From positions 25,698 through 89,697 of the forward strand of contig CAVRZS010000005.1 in assembly GCA_963725745.1 (NCBI GenBank): DNA of 64,000 nt, read 5' to 3'. The notes beneath the pieces were generated by a model. It was not told the origin of the DNA. It ran no database searches and worked only from the letters and a program-made list of their open reading frames with translations. Origin of the DNA: an uncultured Chloroflexia bacterium (GTDB lineage Bacteria > Chloroflexota > Limnocylindria > Limnocylindrales > CSP1-4). Of the stretch, positions 9,380 to 17,151 are shown piece after piece (the first letter of the stretch is position 1; each line of letters starts with the position of its first letter). Made by a program: the position numbers and the translations under genes.

Positions 9380-10731
9380 GTGAGCTCCCTTGCGCTGGGT
9401 GGCCGGCGACGCCGGCGAACGAGGACGATCAGGGCGGCGATGGCCGCGATAAGGGCGATGGCCGCCAGTCCAGCCGGCACGACGAGGTCGCGCGGGTCGA
9501 ACACGGCGGGATGGATGGCCGGGTGGCCCGGCAGGTCGGCCGAGGCCAGCGCGTCGGCAATCTCGGCATCGGTGAGATAGGCGGCGTCGGTCCCGCCCGC
9601 GGTCGCGCGGAAGTCGCCGAGGCTGGACAGGTTCGAGCCCCAGGCGAAACGCGCGTCGCGACCCTCGGGTCCGGTGAACCAGAACCGGTCGCCGCTCCCG
9701 CCGTTGCCCGACGTCGCCTTGGTCAGGACGGCGGACCCGTCGACCAGCCAGGCCTCGCCGAACGCCTCACGCCCCGTCTCCGAGGCCACGATGTTGCCTT
9801 CGCTGCGAAGGCCCGTGGCCGGGCCGGGCGAGTCGTCGCGATCCTGGCTCACGACGACGATCCCGTCCGCGTTCCAGGCGAGCACGTTGTCGATGACGGC
9901 CACGTTGCGTGACGTGGAGACGAGGATGCCTGCACCCCAGCCCCAGTCGGTGCGGCCCCATCCGTTCTCCCAGACCACGTTGTCCTCGACCGTGGCGCCG
10001 TCGCTGATCTCGACCTGGATGCCCGCGCGCGCGTTGCCGTGGACCCGGTTGGCACGGATCGTGGCATCGCGACACTCGATGTCGCACCAGATCCCGGGTC
10101 CGTGGTTGCCGACGACCTCGTTGTCCTCGAACCGGACCCGGGCGCTCTGGGTCACCTTGGCCCCGCCGGCCTCCCACTCGGGATCGAAGGCGGCCGCCGG
10201 GTTGTTGCCCGAGATCCGGTTGCCGGTGACGGCCAGGTCGTTCGCCTCGGTGGCGTGCAGGCCTTCCTGGCCGCAGCCCTCGAGCGTCGACCCGGTCACG
10301 GACGAGCCCTCGCTCCGGGCCACGCTGATGCAGGCCCCGGCGGCGTCGCGGATCTGGCCATCGCGGAACGTGAATCGGTCGACGTCCCAGGCGCGAACGG
10401 CACCGTCCTGCGGCGGGTTGGCGACCGAGGTCACCGTCAGGCCGGCGATCGTGACGTCATCCGCTTCGACGATGACCGCGTGCTCGAGCCGGCCCTGGCC
10501 GTCGATGACGGTGCCGTGGGCGTCGATGGCGAGGGGCCGGTCGATGGTCAGCGGCTGCGTGCTCGTGCACGCGGGGAGACGCACCGAGCTGCCTGCGGCC
10601 GCCCCGTCCACGACGGCCTGCAACGGCTCCGAGCAGCGCGGCGGACCTGGCGACGCGGATCCCTCGGCGGTGGGCGCCGGCAGGGACCCGGAGGGACCGG
10701 CCGCCCGGATGGCTCCCGTCGTCACCAGCAT
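9376..10731 (-). CDS. Right-handed beta-helix repeat protein, paralog of 5860-8264, with a C-terminal TM anchor
   Basis: Shares [75 protein letters not shown] with the 7150-8264 domain. Ends in [25 protein letters not shown]. No N-terminal signal peptide is visible. Confidence 0.8.
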   Translation of the reverse strand: MLVTTGAIRAAGPSGSLPAPTAEGSASPGPPRCSEPLQAVVDGAAAGSSVRLPACTSTQPLTIDRPLAIDAHGTVIDGQGRLEHAVIVEADDVTIAGLTVTSVANPPQDGAVRAWDVDRFTFRDGQIRDAAGACISVARSEGSSVTGSTLEGCGQEGLHATEANDLAVTGNRISGNNPAAAFDPEWEAGGAKVTQSARVRFEDNEVVGNHGPGIWCDIECRDATIRANRVHGNARAGIQVEISDGATVEDNVVWENGWGRTDWGWGAGILVSTSRNVAVIDNVLAWNADGIVVVSQDRDDSPGPATGLRSEGNIVASETGREAFGEAWLVDGSAVLTKATSGNGGSGDRFWFTGPEGRDARFAWGSNLSSLGDFRATAGGTDAAYLTDAEIADALASADLPGHPAIHPAVFDPRDLVVPAGLAAIALIAAIAALIVLVRRRRRPPSARELT

Positions 10732-10812
10732 CGAGCGCGAACGGCGCCATCACGCGGAGCGCGGCCGCCCACGCGGATCGCCATGGGATCGCCGGGGTCA
10801 CGAGCTCGCGTC

Positions 10813-11829
10813 CTACCGATCGTCCGGGGTCCGTTTGGGATGCGCCCCAAGCGTGGCGATCATGAACGCCAGCCTCACGGGCAGCCAGCGCACCGACGGG
10901 CCGAGCCTGCGGACCTCGCGCAGGTTGAACAGCTGCATGATCTGCGCGGCCGCGTCCCGGTCGCGTGCCTCGAGCGAACGGAAAGCGCCGGCGAGGATGA
11001 ACTTGTGGAACCACGCGGACTGGCCGGCGCGGACCTCGCGCGGCGTAAGGACGCCGAGGCCCGCCGCGCGGTCGAAGATGCGCATCAGGCGCTCGATCGT
11101 CTGCGGCGTGAACATCCCGCTCGTGAGCGCCTTGTCATGCACCGTGTACGCTGCCAGGACGTGCGGTACCGTGTGCAGCCCGTGCCGCGCGAACAGGCGG
11201 ACCCACATGTCGAGGTCGATGGCGTTGGCGGCGTCTTCGGCGAACGGTCCGGCGCCTCGATACGCCTCGGCCGTCGCAACCAGCCCGGGCAGGCGCACGA
11301 ACGAGGAGTCGGTGAGCAGGCGACGGAGGGCGGTCCGCGGGCTGAGCCGCTCCTCGCGCCGAGGGCGCTGGCGTCGTCTGATCCGGCCGTCGAGGCGAAC
11401 GACGTCGACCCCGAACAGATGGACCTGCGCGGCATCCTCGGCGGACACGACGTCGAGGACCCAGCTGATCCCGCCGGGCACGAACGCATCGTCGTCATGG
11501 AGGAAGGCGATGTTCCGCCCGGTCGCGAGCTCGATGCACCGGTTGTGGTTGCCGACCATCCCGACCGGTGGCTGGTTCCGCGTGTAGCGAGTCGGCCCGG
11601 GCCAGGTCGCCAGGAGCGCCGTCGCGACGGCCTCGGAGTCGTCGCCGGCCGAGTTGTCGGCAACGAGCAGCTCGACCCGCGCCATGCGCGGATCGACCTG
11701 GGCGACCACCGACCCCAGCGCCCGGCGCAGCAGGTCCGGCCGCTCGTACGTGGGCGTGCAGATCGTGAGCAGCGGCCGTTCGTCGGTCACCGGAGCGTCG
11801 TCGTTGGGCGTCGAGGCGTCGTTGGGCAC
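10813..11829 (-). CDS. Family 2 glycosyltransferase
   Basis: LLTICTPTYERPDLLRRALGSVVAQ and ELLVADNSAGDDS, plus a FLHDDD (DxD-like) motif. Confidence 0.85.
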   Translation of the reverse strand: MPNDASTPNDDAPVTDERPLLTICTPTYERPDLLRRALGSVVAQVDPRMARVELLVADNSAGDDSEAVATALLATWPGPTRYTRNQPPVGMVGNHNRCIELATGRNIAFLHDDDAFVPGGISWVLDVVSAEDAAQVHLFGVDVVRLDGRIRRRQRPRREERLSPRTALRRLLTDSSFVRLPGLVATAEAYRGAGPFAEDAANAIDLDMWVRLFARHGLHTVPHVLAAYTVHDKALTSGMFTPQTIERLMRIFDRAAGLGVLTPREVRAGQSAWFHKFILAGAFRSLEARDRDAAAQIMQLFNLREVRRLGPSVRWLPVRLAFMIATLGAHPKRTPDDR

Positions 11830-11848
11830 GGGGCTACTGGACCCGCGC

Positions 11849-13153
11849 TCAGATCGGGCTCGACCCGAAGAAGTGCCGGTACTGCTCGCTGCGGAGCTCG
11901 TCGGCCAGCCGACCCGGCGGGAGCTCGACGTCGTCGTACCGGATGACCTCGTCCTGCGCGATGTCGCGCCGCAGGACGCAGCCCTCCACGAGACCCTCGG
12001 GCAGGTACACCTGCTCGCGCATCTCCGCGCTGTTCACGGCCTCTCCGTAGGTCATGTAGTTCCCGTACTCGTCGAGTGTCTCGCCCCGCAGCAGCGGTCG
12101 CTTGGCGACCGCGCAGACCTCGACCACGGGCCCGCCCAACGGTTCAGCCAGGCCGTCGCGGAACAGGCGGACCCGGGCGATGGCGTTGGGCACCTCGAAG
12201 TGGACGAGATGGTAGGGGATCCAGAACGCGTACAACGGCCCGGGCCCCATCTTGTACAGCTCGAGGTAGTGGCGCTGCTTGGGGTCGTCGTGCTCGGCGA
12301 GCACGTAGACCTTGGTGTTGATCGTGCCGACCGTGTAGTCGATGATTCCACCCAGCTCGCGGATCTCGTCGAGACGTGGCAGGTACAGCTCGGGCAGCTT
12401 CTCAGGTGGCTCGCGAAACTCGAGCCCCCTCGACATCCCCCGCTCCAGGACGCCGAAGCCGGTCGCGTTGGCGACGATCGCCTGCTCGCAGCTGATCTTC
12501 GTCCCGTCGGCGAAGCTCGTGACCATGGCGGCGTTCTGGCCCCACCGCTCCGCCCACCCCTGCTGCGTCGTCGGGTTGCGATACGGATCCTGCAGGCCCT
12601 TGACGTTGCCGACGACGCGCGGGATGAGCCCAAGGCCGCGGACCCATCGGACCAGGTTCATCTGCACGCCCGGCTCGTCGCCGTCGCACGCCGACAGGAT
12701 GACCCCGTGCGCGCGCGCCCGGACCTGGAGGATCGGCCCGATCGTCGCGTCCAGCTCGGCGTTCAAGAGGACCACGTCCTTGCCGTGGGCGAACGCGTCG
12801 AGCACCGCGTGGGCGGCGTACTCGACCGCGCCGGTCGCCTCGACCAGGACGTCGACGCAGTCGCTTCGGCACAGGAGCTGCCAATCGTCGGTGATCGCGA
12901 CCGCGCCTCGGGCGACCGCGGCGTCCAGCGCGCCGATCGAGTCCACCGCGACCGGGTCGGCCCCGGCGTAGCGGACGACGTGCTCCGCGCGTTCGACACG
13001 GCGGCCGGCGACCGCCACCAGCCGCATGCCGGCGACGCTGTTGACGATCTGGTTGGCGAGGCCCTGGGCCATGAAGCCGGCGCCCAGGATCCCGACCCGG
13101 ATCGGCGTCCCGGCGGCCTCCAGCTCGCGGAGGGCGGTGTCGACGAGGATCAT
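11849..13153 (-). CDS. NAD(P)-dependent oxidoreductase with C-terminal SAF domain (COG4091-like, homoserine-dehydrogenase-like fold)
   Basis: IRVGILGAGFMAQG Rossmann motif, a long conserved core (GDEPGVQMNLVRWVRGLG..VVGNVKG) and a C-terminal SAF-like segment. ATG at 13153 chosen; the 47 codons upstream are Arg/Cys-rich junk that overlaps the neighbouring gene. Confidence 0.75.
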   Translation of the reverse strand: MILVDTALRELEAAGTPIRVGILGAGFMAQGLANQIVNSVAGMRLVAVAGRRVERAEHVVRYAGADPVAVDSIGALDAAVARGAVAITDDWQLLCRSDCVDVLVEATGAVEYAAHAVLDAFAHGKDVVLLNAELDATIGPILQVRARAHGVILSACDGDEPGVQMNLVRWVRGLGLIPRVVGNVKGLQDPYRNPTTQQGWAERWGQNAAMVTSFADGTKISCEQAIVANATGFGVLERGMSRGLEFREPPEKLPELYLPRLDEIRELGGIIDYTVGTINTKVYVLAEHDDPKQRHYLELYKMGPGPLYAFWIPYHLVHFEVPNAIARVRLFRDGLAEPLGGPVVEVCAVAKRPLLRGETLDEYGNYMTYGEAVNSAEMREQVYLPEGLVEGCVLRRDIAQDEVIRYDDVELPPGRLADELRSEQYRHFFGSSPI

Positions 13154-13157
13154 CGGG

Positions 13158-13724
13158 TCAGCCCGCGCCCATGCGACGGGCGACCTCGTCCCCGACCTCG
13201 GCCATGAGCGGCCACACGCGGTCCTTGTCCGACATGTCGCCCGGCGGCAGCGGCCAGGTGATCCCGAAGGCCGGATCGTCGAACCGCAGGCCACCCTCGT
13301 GCTCTGGCGAGTAGAACTCGCTCACGATGTAGCTGGTCTCGGTGACGTCCTCCATCACCTGGTAGCCGTGCGCGAACCGGCGCGGCACGTAGAGCGACCG
13401 CGCGTTGTCCGCGCTCAGCTCGACCGCGACGTGCTGCAGGTACGTCGGCGACTCGGGGCGCAGGTCGACGATCACGTCGATGATCGCGCCGCGCGTGCAC
13501 CGGACGAGCTTGGTCTCGGCCTTCGGCGGGTATTGGAAGTGCATGCCGCGGACCGTCCCGCGGCGATGGTTGTAGCCCACGTTGGCCTGGGCGATCACCG
13601 GCTCGAGGCCATGGTCACGAAACTCATCCTGGCAGAACGCCCGCGCGAACCAGCCGCGCACGTCCTCCCGACGCTCGAGATCGATGACGAAGGCCCCCGC
13701 GAGCTTCGTCTCCGTGAAGATCAT
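13158..13724 (-). CDS. dTDP-4-dehydrorhamnose 3,5-epimerase-like cupin (RmlC family)
   Basis: MIFTETKLAGAFVIDLERREDVRGWF..RGMHFQ..ETKLVRCTRGAIIDVIVDLR..SLYVPRRFAHGY is the canonical RmlC pattern. The remainder of the 565-aa track ORF is antisense junk. Confidence 0.85.
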   Translation of the reverse strand: MIFTETKLAGAFVIDLERREDVRGWFARAFCQDEFRDHGLEPVIAQANVGYNHRRGTVRGMHFQYPPKAETKLVRCTRGAIIDVIVDLRPESPTYLQHVAVELSADNARSLYVPRRFAHGYQVMEDVTETSYIVSEFYSPEHEGGLRFDDPAFGITWPLPPGDMSDKDRVWPLMAEVGDEVARRMGAG

Positions 13725-13928
13725 TCCGTCCCTCGTTCGCAATGGCACGCTGATCGAGCCCGCCGCCGATGGTACTGGTCCCCAATGCAGCCGACGAGGG
13801 GTCAGGAGGCCGATCTGCGAGGTGACGTTGCGGACCGTCAACGGAATGGCGTCGAGGCGGATGGCACTCGGCCAATCCGTCGGCGACACTAGGACCGTTG
13901 GGCTACGCCGCAACGGGATGACGATGGG
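13725..13928. promoter_or_regulatory. Divergent promoter/operator region between the rmlC-like operon (-) and the rfbF operon (+)
   Basis: 204-bp gap between divergent starts. It contains two inverted repeats sharing a GGACCGT core: CGTTG-N8-CAACG at about 13826-13843 and CCGTTG-N10-CAACGG at about 13895-13916. No promoter hexamers are confidently assigned. Confidence 0.25.
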
Positions 13929-14720
13929 ATGAAAGTCGTGCTCTTTTCGGGGGGCCTCGGGCTCCGGATGCGCGAGTATTCCGAGGTCGCCCCGAAGCCG
14001 ATGATCCCGGTCGGGGTGCGGCCCGTGCTGTGGCACGTCATGCGCTACTACGCGCACTTCGGTCACCGGGACTTCATCCTGTGCCTGGGCTACCGGGCCG
14101 ACCTCGTCAAGTCGTACTTCCTCAACTACAGCGAGGCGATGTCCAACGACTTCGTCATGGAGGACGGCGGCCGCTCGCTCGAGCTCGTGCGAACCGATAT
14201 CCAGGACTGGCGGATCACGTTCGCCGACACCGGCGTGAACACGATCGTGGGACAGCGCCTGCGCGCGATCCGGCCCTACGTCGCGAACGAGGACATGTTC
14301 CTCGCCAACTACGGCGACACGCTCACCGACGCGCCGCTGCCGGAGCTGATCGAGAAGTTCCGGGCGACCGACAACGTGGCCGCCTTCCTCGCGGTCCGGC
14401 CCACCTACTCGTTCCACCTCGTCGACGCGGACGACGATGGACGGGTGCGCTCGATCAGCAACGTCCGGGAGGCCGAGACCCGCATCAATGGCGGCTACTT
14501 CATCCTCCGGCGCGAGATCTTCGACTACATCAAGGAGGGCGAGGAGCTGGTCGAGGAGCCGTTCAAGCGGCTCATAGAGGAGGGCCGCCTGATGGCCTTC
14601 AAGCACGACGGCTTCTGGGCGCCGATGGACACCCTCAAGGACAAGCAGGATCTCGACGCGATGTACGACGGCGGGTCGCCGCCGTGGGCCCTGTGGCAGG
14701 ACAAGCGGGACGCGCCTTGA
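13929..14720 (+). CDS. rfbF: Glucose-1-phosphate cytidylyltransferase
   Basis: MKVVLFSGGLGLRMRE..PKPMIPVG.RPVLWHVMRYYAHFGHRDFILCLGY..INGGYFIL..GFWAPMDTLKDK matches RfbF end to end. Confidence 0.9.
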   Translation: MKVVLFSGGLGLRMREYSEVAPKPMIPVGVRPVLWHVMRYYAHFGHRDFILCLGYRADLVKSYFLNYSEAMSNDFVMEDGGRSLELVRTDIQDWRITFADTGVNTIVGQRLRAIRPYVANEDMFLANYGDTLTDAPLPELIEKFRATDNVAAFLAVRPTYSFHLVDADDDGRVRSISNVREAETRINGGYFILRREIFDYIKEGEELVEEPFKRLIEEGRLMAFKHDGFWAPMDTLKDKQDLDAMYDGGSPPWALWQDKRDAP

Positions 14721-15403
14721 TGCTGGGCCTGGGCCCGCTCGGCGACCGATCGCTGACGCTCCTGTGCCTCGGTGCTCATCCCGACGACATCGAGATCGGC
14801 GCAGGCGGCACGATCCTGCAGCTCGCCGCGTCCGGCCGCGTCGCATCGGCGACATGGGTGGTGATGAGCGGCACGCGGGAACGCGTCGACGAGGGCACGC
14901 GCGCGGCCGAGGCCTTCCTCGACGGCATCCCGCAGCGCTCCGTCGTCTTCCACGACCACCGGGACGGCTTCCTGCCCGCCGCGTTCGCGGAGCTCAAGGA
15001 CCAGTTCGAGGCTTTGAAGGCATCCGTGCAGCCCGACATCGTCCTGGCGCCGCGCACCGACGATGCCCACCAGGACCATCGCCTCGTCGCCCAGCTGGCC
15101 TGGAACACCTACCGCGATCACCTGATCCTCGAGTACGAGATCCCCAAGTACGACGGCGACATGGGCTCCCCCAACGTCTACGTCCCGCTGGACGAAGCCA
15201 CCCTGGGCCGCAAGCTCGACCTCATCGCGGGCTCGTTCGGCTCGCAGTCCGCCCGCTCCTGGTTCGATCCCGAGACCTTCCGCGGGCTCGCGCGGCTGCG
15301 CGGGATCGAGGCGGGCAGCGAGACCCGCTATGCCGAGGGGTTCCGCGGACGCAAGGTCCGGTTCGCCGTCCAGGCCGCCGCCGGCCCGGGCGCAACGTCG
15401 TGA
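14720..15403 (+). CDS. PIG-L/LmbE family deacetylase
   Basis: LLCLGAHPDDIEIGAGGT and DDAHQDH motifs. The ATG overlaps the rfbF TGA by 1 nt. Confidence 0.85.
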   Translation: MLGLGPLGDRSLTLLCLGAHPDDIEIGAGGTILQLAASGRVASATWVVMSGTRERVDEGTRAAEAFLDGIPQRSVVFHDHRDGFLPAAFAELKDQFEALKASVQPDIVLAPRTDDAHQDHRLVAQLAWNTYRDHLILEYEIPKYDGDMGSPNVYVPLDEATLGRKLDLIAGSFGSQSARSWFDPETFRGLARLRGIEAGSETRYAEGFRGRKVRFAVQAAAGPGATS

Positions 15404-16302
15404 TGCTGCTGGCCGTCCTGACCTTCGCCCTGGGCTGGGCGATCGGGTTCGGGTTCCGGGCGTCGGCCCTCGCCGCCGACCAGCGACGCGAACGCATCCG
15501 GTGGACGGTGTTCGGGGCGATCCTCGGGCCCGGTGCCCTGGCCATCCTCCAGACCGCTCCGCCGGGCATGTGCGGGTCGTGCCTGAGCGTCGTCCCGGGC
15601 TGGTCCTTCACCTGCCGGATCTGCGGGGCCGACGTGCGGGTCAGGCCGGAGTTGTTCGACGCCGCCGAGGCCTCACCACCCTCGAGGCTTGGGACGCCGA
15701 TGGCTCACCCGATCGCAGGTGCGGTTTCGTGGCCCGACTCGACCGTCGTCAGCGCATGGCGGACCGGGGTTCCGCCCGCGTCCGTGGCCCGGCGCCTGCC
15801 CGCCCAGAGCGCAGCGCCCGATCCTCGCAGCGAACCGGACGCCGGCGAGATTGCCGATCACGAGATCCCCGGCTTGTTCGCTGCGGCCATCGCCGCGGCC
15901 ACGGGCCGGTCGGCGGATGTCGAGGAATCGGTCACGGCGCCGACTCCGGAGGTCGACGCCGCCTTGCGCCCCGTCCGCCTCGCGTCGGTGGTGTTCGTCG
16001 AAGGCTCACTGTCGCTGCGCCCGGGCCTGCCCTACCAGCTCCTGGCGCAGGGCCGCGACCTGCGGATCACTGGGCCGTCGAGCGGGCTCGCGAACGACGA
16101 GATCGTATCCGAGCCGATCGACGAGCTGCGGGTGTCGGTGCGCGGCGACCGGATGCTGGTCTCGGGGACGTCCGAGGCGCTCGCGGACCTGCGGCTCGTG
16201 TTCACGAAGACCGAAGATCTGACAGGGCGCGGCATCGCGCGCGAGGTCAACGCCCGGCGGCGCGCGATCGCGGCCGGCGCCGGAGCGGCGACCTGGCAAT
16301 GA
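15403..16302 (+). CDS. Hypothetical membrane protein with zinc-ribbon-like CxxC..CxxC and an uncharacterised C-terminal domain
   Basis: Two N-terminal hydrophobic helices, CGSCLSVVPGWSFTCRIC, then about 200 aa with no recognisable motif. The ATG overlaps the upstream TGA by 1 nt. Codon third-position GC is high, like the neighbouring genes. Confidence 0.6.
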   Translation: MLLAVLTFALGWAIGFGFRASALAADQRRERIRWTVFGAILGPGALAILQTAPPGMCGSCLSVVPGWSFTCRICGADVRVRPELFDAAEASPPSRLGTPMAHPIAGAVSWPDSTVVSAWRTGVPPASVARRLPAQSAAPDPRSEPDAGEIADHEIPGLFAAAIAAATGRSADVEESVTAPTPEVDAALRPVRLASVVFVEGSLSLRPGLPYQLLAQGRDLRITGPSSGLANDEIVSEPIDELRVSVRGDRMLVSGTSEALADLRLVFTKTEDLTGRGIAREVNARRRAIAAGAGAATWQ

Positions 16303-16427
16303 ACGACGTTCGGCTTTGGGCCCTATCCACTGTCGAGCGACTCGGACCGGAGCGTTTCGCCGCAGGGCTGAGCGCGCTGGTGCTCGTGGTTTTCGGCCTG
16401 CTCGTGCTGGTGCTCGCCACGCGCTGA
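16299..16427 (+). CDS. Possible 42-aa single-TM peptide, translationally coupled
   Basis: ATGA overlap at 16299-16302. MNDVRLWALSTVERLGPERFAAGLSALVLVVFGLLVLVLATR carries one hydrophobic helix. Too short for any independent support. Confidence 0.35.
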   Translation: MNDVRLWALSTVERLGPERFAAGLSALVLVVFGLLVLVLATR

Positions 16428-16460
16428 CGGCTGGTGCCTCGCGATACCGTCACGGTCTCA

Positions 16461-16959
16461 CGACCTCCGTCTGCGCCTCAGGCCAGCGCCAGCGCTCCGA
16501 GGTGCTCGGTCAGGCGCAGGTTCTCGCGGTAGTCGATCGGGACCTCGACCAGCGACGGCCCGTCGACGTCGAGCGCCCGACCCAGTGTCGGCCGCAGGTC
16601 GGCGGCGGACGCCGGCCGGAACGCGGCCATCCCGAACGACTCAGCGAGGGCCACGAAGTCCGGGTTGCCGAAGTCGACCCCGAACGGGCGCCCGAACTCG
16701 TTGCGTTGCTTCCAGTCGATCAGGCCGTAGCCGTCGTCACGCCACACCACGACCGTCACCCGCACCCCGAGCCGGACCGCCGTCTCGAGCTCCTGGACGT
16801 TCATCAGCAGGCCGCCGTCGCCGCACAGCGCGACCACGTGACGATCCGGGTGCACGAGGGCGGCCGCGATCGCCCCCGGCAGCGCGATGCCCATCGAGGC
16901 GAAGCCGTTGGAGATGATCACGGTGTTCGGCTCGTAGGCCTGGTACAGCCGGGCCACCC
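16461..16959. repeat. Direct repeat copy A (499 bp): orphan 3' end of the TPP-enzyme gene plus 17 nt downstream
   Basis: Read base by base against 19613-20111. Identical except C at 16754 versus G at 19906, which is synonymous on the minus strand. Confidence 0.9.
16478..16957 (-). pseudogene. Truncated duplicate of the TPP-binding acetolactate-synthase-like gene (C-terminal 159 codons only)
   Basis: The translation ARLYQAYEPNTVIISNG...LTEHLGALALA is identical to the C-terminus of the 19630-21327 product. There is no N-terminal or central domain. Confidence 0.85.
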
Positions 16960-17095
16960 GCCATGGGTTGTCAGCGGGAGGCCGTCGAGGCGCACCCAGC
17001 GTCTACAGCCGCGCTGGCAGATGGCCGTCTTGACCAGCACCTCCGCGGGCGGCGTGGCCGGGCGAAGGAACCCGCCGTCCCGCAGGACGCAAGAA

Positions 17096-17122
17096 GGGCC
17101 CGACGAGGGACTCGTCGGGCCC
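17096..17122 (-). terminator. Intrinsic-terminator-like hairpin downstream of the Ig-like repeat protein gene
   Basis: GGGCCCGACGAG-GGA-CTCGTCGGGCCC is a perfect 12-bp stem. It lies 30 nt after the TAA at 17152-17154 and is followed on the minus strand by CTTCTTG. Confidence 0.5.
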
Positions 17123-17151
17123 AAGGTGACCGCTGCGCGCGGTCGCTCAGA

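Noticed and set aside
16918-17124. 68-aa minus-strand ORF at the left junction of the insertion (..AEVLVKTAICQRGCRRWVRLDG..)
   Set aside because: It spans the repeat/insert junction and the terminator hairpin, has no RBS and shows no recognisable family. It may be a gene remnant, but that is not supportable.
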